Below the pieces are notes generated by a model, which worked only from the letters and a program-made list of their open reading frames with translations, did no database searches and was not told where the DNA came from. Both the position numbers and the translations under genes were made by a program. From Candidatus Sericytochromatia bacterium (lineage in GTDB: Bacteria; Cyanobacteriota; Sericytochromatia; S15B-MN24; VGJW01), in NCBI GenBank assembly GCA_035285865.1, contig JAYKHS010000015.1, positions 1 through 64,000 on the forward strand: a stretch of 64,000 nt of DNA, in the 5' to 3' direction. Positions 31,541 through 40,404 of the stretch are shown one piece after another. Within the stretch, counting starts at the first letter, position 1; every line of letters begins with the position of its first letter.

Positions 31541-33073
31541 CTACTTCGCGGCGTAGGCCGTGATGGCCTTGCCCGAGACCAATTCGGCTTGCCAGTCGTA
31601 GCTGAGCTTGCCCTTCTCGGTGGTGACCGTGGTGGTGCCGAAGAGCCGCTTGCCATCAAGCGCCGAGCGCACTTCGGTCGTCACCTTGGTCCCATCCGGG
31701 GAAGGTGCCGTCCAGCTCATCCTGTCGCCCTTGCGGTCGCCCGCCACAGGCACGACGTTCATCAGGCCGGGAGCGGCCTTGGCCACGCCAATCGTCGGAA
31801 TGGTCGCCCCTTGCACCTTGCCGCCGTTCGCGCGGAGCTTCAGGAAGCCACCGACCGGCTTGGGTGCGCTGGGCTCGGACATCCAGACATAGGTGGCGTC
31901 CTCGGGAGCGGGGGCGCCGAGGGCCCACCAGTCCCAGGTGCTGACCTTGGCCTGCTTGCCGTCTGCGCCCTTGCGGATCGCACCGCCCGGCACGCTGTAG
32001 TTGCCGGTCCCGTCCTTCACGGCGCGCACGTCAAGTCGCTCGAAGCCGGCGTCAGCCAGCTTCTGGACCTCGCCGGGCTCCGAGATGCCGTTGCTGTTGG
32101 CATCGACCCAGACTCCCAGCTTGGAGAACTCGTCCGGAGTCAGCGCGCCATCCTTGTTCTTGTCGAGGGTGGCCAAGGGCTGGTAGCCATGCTTCCACGT
32201 CTTGCCCCAGGTCACGTTCCCGAAGAGCTGGCGACCCGACGTGATGCGGCCCTTGCCGGTCTCATCCCAGACCAGCAGGCCCGACTTCGGCCCGACCCAT
32301 TCCCACTCGTGCGTGCCCTTGCCGTCGATGTCGAAGGGACGGACAGCCGCCGACGCCAGCTTGCGGCCGGCGACCTTGCCCCAGTGGCCACCCGCCAGCA
32401 GGTCAGGCTTCCCGGTGCCGGACAGGTCCAGGATGATGGGGCTGGACCAGACGGATGAACCGGCGAACTGGACGTTCAGGGCCTTGGAACCGCCGCCGGC
32501 GTAGTTGACGGTCGTGGCAATCGGCCGGCTCGCAGCACCGCTGTCGACCATGCCCTCCATGACGGCACGGGCATCATAGCTGCTGCCAACGGCGTAATGG
32601 CCGACCAGACGACCGGTGTCGGCATCGATCAGCGCGATGGCGCTGGATTGACCGGCGTTGTAGACAACGCCGCTCAGGTAGTTGTAGAGCGACCGGATAT
32701 CGGTTCCGGCCACGACATTGCGAACTCTGTCCTGATTGAAGTTGGCCCGGGTGGCGACGTTGTCCTCGCGATCCCGCAGGTTTTCCTCACCGGCTCCCCA
32801 GTTGAGGCCGGATCCGCCCTGAAGCTCCTGATTCAGCCAAGGCCCCTGATAGGCGCGGTAGTAGGCCACCACGTTCAGGAACTGGATCTTGTTGTACAGG
32901 TAGCGGTCGTACGAGACATTGAAGCCTTCGACGCCGTTGACCGTCGCCGCGGAGCCCGAGACTCCTCCGACTTCCACCCGGTCCGCCGCGAGGACGGGGG
33001 TGGCGACCGTTGCGAGACCGATTGTGAAGCTGCCAGCCAGTGAGAGCGCGCGACCCCTGGACCATGAATGCAT
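31541..33073 (-). CDS. Secreted protein with FrpC-like self-processing/Ca2+-binding module
   Basis: Signal peptide (…LATVATPVLA); SPIILDL, GLLVWD..G.G.I.SG.QLFG, HGY..LA.LD.N.DG, VWVD.N.NGIS..GE match the FrpC SPM pattern. Confidence 0.75.
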   Translation of the reverse strand: MHSWSRGRALSLAGSFTIGLATVATPVLAADRVEVGGVSGSAATVNGVEGFNVSYDRYLYNKIQFLNVVAYYRAYQGPWLNQELQGGSGLNWGAGEENLRDREDNVATRANFNQDRVRNVVAGTDIRSLYNYLSGVVYNAGQSSAIALIDADTGRLVGHYAVGSSYDARAVMEGMVDSGAASRPIATTVNYAGGGSKALNVQFAGSSVWSSPIILDLSGTGKPDLLAGGHWGKVAGRKLASAAVRPFDIDGKGTHEWEWVGPKSGLLVWDETGKGRITSGRQLFGNVTWGKTWKHGYQPLATLDKNKDGALTPDEFSKLGVWVDANSNGISEPGEVQKLADAGFERLDVRAVKDGTGNYSVPGGAIRKGADGKQAKVSTWDWWALGAPAPEDATYVWMSEPSAPKPVGGFLKLRANGGKVQGATIPTIGVAKAAPGLMNVVPVAGDRKGDRMSWTAPSPDGTKVTTEVRSALDGKRLFGTTTVTTEKGKLSYDWQAELVSGKAITAYAAK

Positions 33074-33217
33074 GGTCATACCTCCTGTCGATGGGAACCC
33101 TGACGAGTCGTGTAGCGGGAACATGATGGGCGTACCCACGGGTGGCGTCGGATTAAACCAGAGTCTTCCGGCGGCGGTATTCCTGCCGTGCTACGATCTG
33201 CGCTTGGAGGACGAATC

Positions 33218-33781
33218 GTGCCCGACATTCTGGCTTGGCCCCTGCTGGCCGCCGCTGCTGCGGCGACCCCATCCGTCGCGCCCCTGCCTGCGCCGTCCGA
33301 GTGGGCCGGAGCGGAGCCGTGGGAGGCGGACATCCCTGAAGAGGATGCCCCGCACATCAAGCCCGTGACGGGTGCGCGCGTGTTCGCGGGCCTGGCCAAT
33401 CCGGAGTTTGCCCACCTTGGCCTGGCGTGGCGGTCGGGCAATGTGGAGGGTGCCGTCTCGCTCGGCAGCATCGGCACGGCGAACCGGGTCGATCTTCGGG
33501 CTCGAGGCTATCTCCTGCCGCATGTGGGGGCACTCTTCGCCGAGGCCGGATACGGGTTCCTCCAGTTGGCCCGTCTTTCGGACCAGACTCCGACCGAGAC
33601 CTTCCAGCAGCCTTTCTTCGGAGTGGGCTGGCAGTTCTTCGAGCGCCCGAGCCCCTGGGTCTTCGATCTGAGCATCGGGCTGGCGCCCGGCGGACCGGAC
33701 ACGCTCGCCGCTGCACCCGGCATCATCAACGGCAGCCGCATGCTGCCGCGCTTCGCTCTGGAGGTGGGCCATGCGTTCTAG
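33218..33781 (+). CDS. Putative small outer-membrane beta-barrel protein
   Basis: GGAGG SD plus GTG; N-terminal hydrophobic stretch; alternating beta strands; C-terminal RFALEVGHAF ending in Phe. Confidence 0.6.
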   Translation: MPDILAWPLLAAAAAATPSVAPLPAPSEWAGAEPWEADIPEEDAPHIKPVTGARVFAGLANPEFAHLGLAWRSGNVEGAVSLGSIGTANRVDLRARGYLLPHVGALFAEAGYGFLQLARLSDQTPTETFQQPFFGVGWQFFERPSPWVFDLSIGLAPGGPDTLAAAPGIINGSRMLPRFALEVGHAF

Positions 33782-34859
33782 CCATCGTTGGCGGGCTTCC
33801 CTGCTGGTGGGTGCCTTGGCCCTGTCGGGTTGCGGCTTCTACTCCGTGGCGTCGGTCAGCGGCCAGGATCTGGGCGCGGGGCTCGCGACGCCTGCCGAGA
33901 ACGGGGCGAAGCTGGTCTCGACCGCCTTCGCCAATCGCGTGCCGACCGAGCAGGAGATAGACACGCCGGTGCTGGTCGCCGTCCACGGCTTCTCCGCCAC
34001 GACCTTCGAGACCATGTATGGCACGGGCACGGCCCCGCAGGAGGCCAATGCTCCTTACAACCTCGAACGCCGGGGCCTCCTCGTGTCGCGCGTCCTGATG
34101 GGCGGGCACAACGAGACGCCGGCCGCCTTCGGTGCGAGCCGCTGGAGCGACTGGCAGAAGCCCGTTCTGGATGAGGTCCAGGCCTTGCAGAAGCTGGGCT
34201 TCCGCAAGATTGACATCCTGACGGTCTCGACGGGCGGCCCCATCGTCATGCAGGCCCTGCTCTCGGGCAAGTTCAAGGCCTTGGGTGTCACGCCCCGTCG
34301 CGTCACGCTGGTGGCGCCCATCCTCGAGTTCAAGGACAAGGCCATCAACCTGCTGGGTGTCCTCGAGACGCTCGGCGCCTCGAACAGCCCGTCGCCGACG
34401 AGCGGCGTCTCGCGCGGCCACTGGTACGCCGATCGCCCCATCGGCGCCGTGAAGCAGTTGCTGGATCTGACGGAGGTGGTCAAAGGCCAGCTTCGCCAGG
34501 TCTCTGCCGGCACCCTCGATGGCGTGCCCGCCGAGACCCGCGTGCTGATCGTCCAGTCCGATGGTGACGGGACCGTGGATGCCGTCAGTGCCGATATCTG
34601 GGTCCGGGGCCTTCGCGGCAAGATTGCCGACACGACGCAGGCTGCCGGTCTCGTCAGCGTCCTGAAGGTCGTTTCGTCGCGCCATGTGCCCATCGGTCCG
34701 CCGAATCTCGAGGGCAGCAAGGATGGAACCCGCAGCATCGATGGCATCGTCCATCCGACGTTTGCCGACGCCAAGGGTGCCGATGCTTGGTCGGATGCCG
34801 AGGTGCGCCTGAGGGTCCGCCTGCTCGAGCAGATCGGCGACTTCCATACGGCCAAGTGA
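33771..34859 (+). CDS. Lipoprotein alpha/beta hydrolase (esterase-like)
   Basis: Lipobox LSG-C, VAVHGFS, nucleophile elbow TVSTGG, QSDGDGTV, SSRH. Confidence 0.8.
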   Translation: MRSSHRWRASLLVGALALSGCGFYSVASVSGQDLGAGLATPAENGAKLVSTAFANRVPTEQEIDTPVLVAVHGFSATTFETMYGTGTAPQEANAPYNLERRGLLVSRVLMGGHNETPAAFGASRWSDWQKPVLDEVQALQKLGFRKIDILTVSTGGPIVMQALLSGKFKALGVTPRRVTLVAPILEFKDKAINLLGVLETLGASNSPSPTSGVSRGHWYADRPIGAVKQLLDLTEVVKGQLRQVSAGTLDGVPAETRVLIVQSDGDGTVDAVSADIWVRGLRGKIADTTQAAGLVSVLKVVSSRHVPIGPPNLEGSKDGTRSIDGIVHPTFADAKGADAWSDAEVRLRVRLLEQIGDFHTAK

Positions 34860-35467
34860 TCGCGGACGTCGATGCACCCCACGTCGCGCTGGGTCTGTCC
34901 GGACCCACGCGGCCCGGTTGGCTCGGACGTGCGGCGGCTGATCTTCCGGCCTTGCTGGCGGACCATGCCTCTTGCGAGCGGAAAGCTGCTGCCACCGCGA
35001 TGGCCTTCGTGGCGCGCCACCCCGAGGATGTCCGGCTCGTCGAGAGCATGGTCCAGCTTGCGCAGGAAGAGTTGGCGCACTTCGAGCGGATATTTCACCT
35101 GATGCGGCGTCGGAACTGGCCGCTCACGCGGGATCGGGCAGACGACTACGTCCGCGCCCTGCTGGGGCAGGTCCGCCATGCGCCGCAGCACCAGACGGTG
35201 GACCGCTTGCTGGTCCTGGGGCTCGTCGAGGCGCGCTCCTGCGAGCGCTTCCGTCTGCTCGGGCAGGCCCTCGAGGCGGTGGACTCGGAACTTGCCGGCA
35301 TGTACCGCGACCTGTCCCTGTCGGAGGAGGGCCACGCCCGCTTGTTCCCGGCCCTGGCCGCACGCTATGCGCCAGAGGCCGAGGTCATGGACCGCCTCGC
35401 GGCCTTGCGAGACTTCGAGTGGTCCGTGGTGGTCGGCCTGCCGGACGATCCGGCCATGCACGGTTAG
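34856..35467 (+). CDS. miaE: tRNA-(ms2io6A37) hydroxylase MiaE
   Basis: DHASCERKAA, LAQEELAHF, DRLLV..LVEARSCERF, SEEGH di-iron motifs, C-terminal MHG. Confidence 0.9.
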   Translation: MIADVDAPHVALGLSGPTRPGWLGRAAADLPALLADHASCERKAAATAMAFVARHPEDVRLVESMVQLAQEELAHFERIFHLMRRRNWPLTRDRADDYVRALLGQVRHAPQHQTVDRLLVLGLVEARSCERFRLLGQALEAVDSELAGMYRDLSLSEEGHARLFPALAARYAPEAEVMDRLAALRDFEWSVVVGLPDDPAMHG

Positions 35468-35479
35468 GAAGAGGTAGCG

Positions 35480-36508
35480 ATGGGACTCGGCTTGCTGGCG
35501 GGTTGGGTCCTCGTTTCCTACCACAACCACAGTTTCCACAGCCCGGATTCCCGGCTCACGGCTGGCGACTTCATGCGCTTTGCACGTGGCAGCGGGCTCG
35601 ACGCCGTCATCGTCACCGACCATGACAACGTTCGGGCCGCGCGGGATCCGTCTTTCCTGGCTGTCGCTCGCCCCAGTGGCGGTGCCTTTGCCCCGGTGGC
35701 CCGACGTCCGGAGGCGCCCTTCCTCATGTTCGGGGAGGAGTGGGGGACCTTTCGCGCCGGCCGAGTCCGCTGGGGGCACGTGGGGCTGATCGGCCTCGAG
35801 GACGGTGTCTCTCCCTTGCCGGATGCCTCGTTGTCGGAGCTGCTTGCCGGTGCGGGCAGGCGCGGGGTACTGGCCATCATCAACCATCCGTTCAACTGGG
35901 CCTTGTCCTGGCGCGGGACCGAACCGCCGGCCGGTGCCCACGGCATCGAGGTATGGAATCAGTCCTGGACGATGCCGGTGATGGAGAATGCCCGGGCCCT
36001 CGCCTGGTGGGATGCCGCACTGCGCAAGGGGCGCCGTCTGCTGGCGCTGGGAGGGGCGGACACCCACGGGCTGGAAGGCAGCAGCTACTTCTACAACGAG
36101 ACCCGGGTCGACCGACCCGTGAACCTCGTCTGGGCCGAGCGCCCGGATGCCGCGTCGGTTCTGGCGGCACTTCGTGCCGGGAGGGTCATGGTGGCGCGGG
36201 ATGCTTCCGCACCCGGCATGGTCCTCGATGTCGATGGACTGGGTCCCGGCGAAGTCCTTGCGGCCGGTACCCCCGGCCGTGTCCGTGTCCGCCTGGTTCG
36301 CGCCCGGGGCTGCGTGCTGCAACTGCATACCGCGCAGGGCCTGATGCACTTGGTCCCTGTCACGGAGGATCGGGCGGAGATCCGTTGTCGCCTGCCGCTC
36401 CTGGCATCGGGGGATTTCGTCCGCGCCGAGCTGCGTCGGCCCGCGTGGGGCGGTGACGAGATGGAGGTGCTCTCCAATCCGGTCTACGTTTCGCCGGGCC
36501 CCCTTTAG
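35480..36508 (+). CDS. PHP-domain (CehA/McbA-like) metallohydrolase
   Basis: HNHS..S.D, VTDHD, GEE, GH, NHP, IEVWN, GGADTH. Confidence 0.85.
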   Translation: MGLGLLAGWVLVSYHNHSFHSPDSRLTAGDFMRFARGSGLDAVIVTDHDNVRAARDPSFLAVARPSGGAFAPVARRPEAPFLMFGEEWGTFRAGRVRWGHVGLIGLEDGVSPLPDASLSELLAGAGRRGVLAIINHPFNWALSWRGTEPPAGAHGIEVWNQSWTMPVMENARALAWWDAALRKGRRLLALGGADTHGLEGSSYFYNETRVDRPVNLVWAERPDAASVLAALRAGRVMVARDASAPGMVLDVDGLGPGEVLAAGTPGRVRVRLVRARGCVLQLHTAQGLMHLVPVTEDRAEIRCRLPLLASGDFVRAELRRPAWGGDEMEVLSNPVYVSPGPL

Positions 36509-36558
36509 GCCCGTGGCCGGCGTCTGCTATCCTTGAGGCTTTCCAGACGAGGACGCCG

Positions 36559-37902
36559 ATGTTCCGCAAGGTCCTGATCGCCAACCGTGGCGAAATTGCC
36601 GTCCGCATCATGCGGGCTTGCAGCGTGCTGGGCATCCAGCCCGTGACGATTCATTCCGAGGCCGACGCGGCGGCGCCCCACGCGACCGGTGCGGAGTCCT
36701 ATCTGGTGGGGCCTGCCCCTGTCGCTCAGAGCTACCTGAACGTGGACGCCATCCTCGAAGCTGCGCGGACCAGCGGGGCAGAGGCCGTCCATCCCGGCTA
36801 CGGCCTGCTTTCGGAGAATGCGGAATTCGCGCGCCGGGTCATCGAGGCCGGACTTGTCTGGATCGGTCCTTCGCCCGAAGCGATTGCCCGAATGGGGGAC
36901 AAGGTCGAGGCGCGGGCTTTCGCAGAGGCGGCCGGTGTTCCGGTGGTGCCCGGGACCGGTTCACCCGTGCCCGATGTCGCGGCGGCGCTTGCTGCGGCCG
37001 AGACCATCGGTTACCCCGTCATGCTCAAGGCAGCCAAGGGTGGTGGGGGCATCGGCATGCAATTGGTCCACGACGCTGCCGAGCTGGAGAAGGCGCACAA
37101 GCTCTGCACCGCCCGTGCCAAGGCCTACTTCGGAGATGCGTCGGTCTACGTGGAGAAGGCCCTCGATCGTCCGCGCCACATCGAGATCCAGGTGCTGGCC
37201 GACAGCCATGGGCGTGCCGTCCATCTGGGCGAGCGCGAGTGTTCCGTGCAGCGTCGGCACCAGAAGGTCGTCGAGGAGGCCGGCTCTCCCGCCGTCGATG
37301 ATGCGTTGCGGGCCCGCATGGGTGAGGTGTCCCTCCAACTGGTGCGTGCGCTTGGCTACGTCAATGCCGGCACGCTCGAGTTCCTGCTGGACGCCTCGGG
37401 TTCGTTCCATTTCCTCGAGATGAACACGCGTCTTCAGGTCGAGCATCCCGTGACCGAAGCCGTGACCGGCGTGGATCTTGCGGTCTGGCAGATTCGCATC
37501 GCGGCGGGCGAGCACCTCGAGGCGTCGATCGGGGCTTCGACTTTCCGGGGACATGCCATCGAGTGCCGCCTCTACGCCGAGGACCCGGTCACGGGCTTTC
37601 CTTCCCCGGGGACGCTGGACACCGTCGTGTGGCCCGAGGATGTCCGCGTCGACACGTTCGTCAGTGCCGGTACGGTCGTCAGTCCCCACTACGATCCGAT
37701 GCTGGCCAAGATCGTGGTCCACGGCGAGGACCGTGCGCGCGCCATCGCCCGCATGGAAGAAGTCCTCGAGAGGACGGTCGTGACGGGCGTGAAGACGAAC
37801 CTGCCGGTGCTGAAGCAGGTGATGGGTCATCCCGACTTCCGTTCGGGTGCCTTCGATACCGGCCTGCTGGGCCGGATGGCGGCCGTGGCCGCGACGGTGT
37901 AG
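36559..37902 (+). CDS. Biotin carboxylase subunit of an acyl-CoA (probably methylcrotonyl-CoA) carboxylase
   Basis: KVLIANRGEIA, HPGYGLLSEN, KAAKGGGGIGM, RECSVQRRHQK, EMNTRLQVEHPVTE, YDPMLAK. Confidence 0.95.
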   Translation: MFRKVLIANRGEIAVRIMRACSVLGIQPVTIHSEADAAAPHATGAESYLVGPAPVAQSYLNVDAILEAARTSGAEAVHPGYGLLSENAEFARRVIEAGLVWIGPSPEAIARMGDKVEARAFAEAAGVPVVPGTGSPVPDVAAALAAAETIGYPVMLKAAKGGGGIGMQLVHDAAELEKAHKLCTARAKAYFGDASVYVEKALDRPRHIEIQVLADSHGRAVHLGERECSVQRRHQKVVEEAGSPAVDDALRARMGEVSLQLVRALGYVNAGTLEFLLDASGSFHFLEMNTRLQVEHPVTEAVTGVDLAVWQIRIAAGEHLEASIGASTFRGHAIECRLYAEDPVTGFPSPGTLDTVVWPEDVRVDTFVSAGTVVSPHYDPMLAKIVVHGEDRARAIARMEEVLERTVVTGVKTNLPVLKQVMGHPDFRSGAFDTGLLGRMAAVAATV

Positions 37903-37967
37903 TCGGGGCGGGACCGAGGTTCCGCAAGCAGGCCCCCGGGCGGGCCCAGTATGGAAAGGTGGGCGAC

Positions 37968-38180
37968 GTGGCAGATGTGAAGGCGCAGATGGCCGGGACC
38001 GTGCTCGAAGTGCTCGTGACGGACGGTCAGGCAGTCGAGGAGGGTCAGGACCTGGTCTGCCTCGAGTCGATGAAGATGCAGATGTTCCTCCAGGCCGAGC
38101 AGGCCGGGACCGTTTCGGCAATCAAGGTCGAGGCCGGTGACTTCGTCAACGAAGGCGACACCCTGATCGTCTTGGCCTGA
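37968..38180 (+). CDS. Biotin carboxyl carrier protein (stand-alone, 70 aa)
   Basis: ESMKM biotinylation motif; C-terminal part of track ORF 37563..38180. Confidence 0.92.
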   Translation: MADVKAQMAGTVLEVLVTDGQAVEEGQDLVCLESMKMQMFLQAEQAGTVSAIKVEAGDFVNEGDTLIVLA

Positions 38181-38190
38181 GCGGGTAGCG

Positions 38191-39132
38191 ATGCCAACCC
38201 TGCCCGACAGGATTCGCGTGGTCGAGGTCGGTCCCCGGGACGGCCTGCAGAACGAGGCAGCCCACGTGCCCACCGAGCGGAAGATTCGCCTCGTGGAGGC
38301 CCTCGGTGAGGCCGGACTTCCCGCGATCGAGATGACGGCTTTCGTCCATCCGCGGTGGATTCCGCAGATGGCAGACGCCGCCGAGGTCGCCGCCGGGGTC
38401 CGTCGGCGGGAGGGTGTGGCTTACAGCGCGCTCGTCCCCAATCTCAAAGGCTATGCTGCTGCGGCCGCAGCCGATGTCCCCGTGGTCGCCGTTTTCATGT
38501 CGGCCACCGAGACCCATTCGCGCCGGAACCTGAACAAGGGCATCTCCGAAGCCATCGAGGCCCTGCGCGAGGTGACGGAGGCGGCTCAGGCCGATGGACG
38601 GCGCGTGCGGGCCTACCTCTCCGTGGTGTTCGGATGCCCCTACGAGGGTGATGTTTCACCCGGGGCGACCCTCGCGATTGCGCGGCAACTGGACGCGATG
38701 GGCATCGGCGAACTCTCGCTTGGCGACACGACGGGCATGGCCAATCCTTCCCAAGTGCGTCGGCTCGTCGCGGCGCTGCGCGAGGCCGTTCCCGGGATGG
38801 ACCTCGCGGGGCACTTCCACGACACCCGTGGCACGGCACTGGCCAACACCTATGCGGCCATGCTCGAGGGGCTGGACATCTTCGATGCTTCGGTCGGGGG
38901 ACTTGGCGGCTGCCCCTATGCCCCGGGTGCATCCGGCAATCTGTCCACCAACGACCTCGTCGCGATGATGGAAGGCATGGGCGTGGCCACGGGCGTGGAC
39001 CGGGAGCAACTGCTCGACGTGACGCGCTGGATCTGTCTGGACGTGCTGGGGGTGCCCATTCCCAGCCGCGAGGCGACGGCGGAACTGGCGCGCCGGGCCA
39101 AGGCGGCCCGCGTGTCGGCCGAGCGGGCCTGA
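38191..39132 (+). CDS. Hydroxymethylglutaryl-CoA lyase
   Basis: EVGPRDGLQNE, FGCPYEG, LGDTTG, HFHDTRG, GGLGGCPYAPGASGN. Confidence 0.95.
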   Translation: MPTLPDRIRVVEVGPRDGLQNEAAHVPTERKIRLVEALGEAGLPAIEMTAFVHPRWIPQMADAAEVAAGVRRREGVAYSALVPNLKGYAAAAAADVPVVAVFMSATETHSRRNLNKGISEAIEALREVTEAAQADGRRVRAYLSVVFGCPYEGDVSPGATLAIARQLDAMGIGELSLGDTTGMANPSQVRRLVAALREAVPGMDLAGHFHDTRGTALANTYAAMLEGLDIFDASVGGLGGCPYAPGASGNLSTNDLVAMMEGMGVATGVDREQLLDVTRWICLDVLGVPIPSREATAELARRAKAARVSAERA

Positions 39133-39165
39133 CGCCGGGGGCGGGTGCAAGGAAGGATTTCGGAC

Positions 39166-39945
39166 ATGGAACGGATGCATCGTCTCGAGCGCGAGGGCCA
39201 CGTGGTCACGCTCGTTCTGGATCGGCCGGACGCGGCGAACGCCCTCTGCTTTCCGATGCTGCTGCAGCTGCGCGCGGAACTCGAGAGCCTGCGCCATGAC
39301 CGCGACATCCGCGTGCTGGTCGTGACGGGTTCGGGCGCCAAGGCCTTCTGTGCCGGAGCGGACCTGAAGGAGCGGGCCGGGATGTCCCAGGACCAGGTCC
39401 GGCGCTTCATCGTCGAGATCCGGGGCCTGATGGACGACATCGCGGCGATGCCTTGCCCCGTCGTGGCGGCGTTGAATGGCCTGGCCCTCGGGGGCGGCAC
39501 CGAACTCGCACTTGCGGCGGACATCCGGATTGCGGCCGACCACGTCCTGATGGGCCTTACGGAGACCGGGCTCGGCATCATCCCGGGAGCGGGAGGCACG
39601 CAGCGGCTCCCGCGCCTGATCGGCCTGCCGCGGGCCAAGGAGCTCATCTTCACGGCGCGCCGCGTCGCCATGGACGAGGCCCTGGCGATCGGGCTGGTGC
39701 AGCGGGTCGTGCCCGCCACGGACCTCGCGGCGGCCGTTGCCGAACTGACCGGACGCATCGCGGCCAATGCGCCGCGCGCGGTCGAGATGGCCAAGTGGGC
39801 GATGGATCGGGGTTACGAGACGGACCTGTGCACGGGCCTCGAGATCGAGGAGCGCGCCTACGGCGCCATCATTCCCACCCGCGATCGGCTCGAGGGGCTG
39901 GCAGCGTTTCGCGAGAAGCGCGCTCCCGTCTACACGGGGGAGTGA
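39166..39945 (+). CDS. Enoyl-CoA hydratase (probably methylglutaconyl-CoA hydratase, YngF-like)
   Basis: AFCAGADLKER, ALGGGTELALA.D, ETGLGIIPGAGGTQRLPRLIG, AFREKR.P.Y.G. Confidence 0.92.
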   Translation: MERMHRLEREGHVVTLVLDRPDAANALCFPMLLQLRAELESLRHDRDIRVLVVTGSGAKAFCAGADLKERAGMSQDQVRRFIVEIRGLMDDIAAMPCPVVAALNGLALGGGTELALAADIRIAADHVLMGLTETGLGIIPGAGGTQRLPRLIGLPRAKELIFTARRVAMDEALAIGLVQRVVPATDLAAAVAELTGRIAANAPRAVEMAKWAMDRGYETDLCTGLEIEERAYGAIIPTRDRLEGLAAFREKRAPVYTGE

Positions 39946-39998
39946 GGCTCCTCACGCTCCTTGTTGGGTCTCTTCGGGGATGAGGGTACGGTTTCCTC

Positions 39999-40331
39999 AT
40001 GCAGCCGCATCCTTCCCAGGCCTTCGAACACCTCGCCCTTCGCTGCGCTTCCGCCTTGCAGGTCGGTGTCGTCGTCGACGCGATCTACGACGTCAACGAG
40101 CACGTCTACGGTGGCGAACCCGTGCTGTGGGCACAAGTCGATGTTTCCGGGGACGGCTCGGGACTCGGTGACGGGACCGTGCTCCTGATCGGGGCCTCCG
40201 CACCGGACGCGCTCGTGCATCTCGTGGCGACGATGGCTCGCCTGCATGCCTCGCTGCCTGCCTCTGCCACGCCGACGCTGCGGGACCGCCTCGGGAGCTG
40301 GGTGGCGCGCATCCTGCGCCGCCAACGCTGA
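39999..40331 (+). CDS. Hypothetical protein (110 aa)
   Basis: Fills the gap on the cluster strand; TACGGT -10-like hexamer 6 nt before ATG; no family recognised. Confidence 0.5.
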   Translation: MQPHPSQAFEHLALRCASALQVGVVVDAIYDVNEHVYGGEPVLWAQVDVSGDGSGLGDGTVLLIGASAPDALVHLVATMARLHASLPASATPTLRDRLGSWVARILRRQR

Positions 40332-40404
40332 GGCTCGTCGTCATGTTCGCCTTGCCCCTCGTGTCCCGCCTGCCTATCATGGGACTTTCGAGGAGAAGTG
40401 TGCG

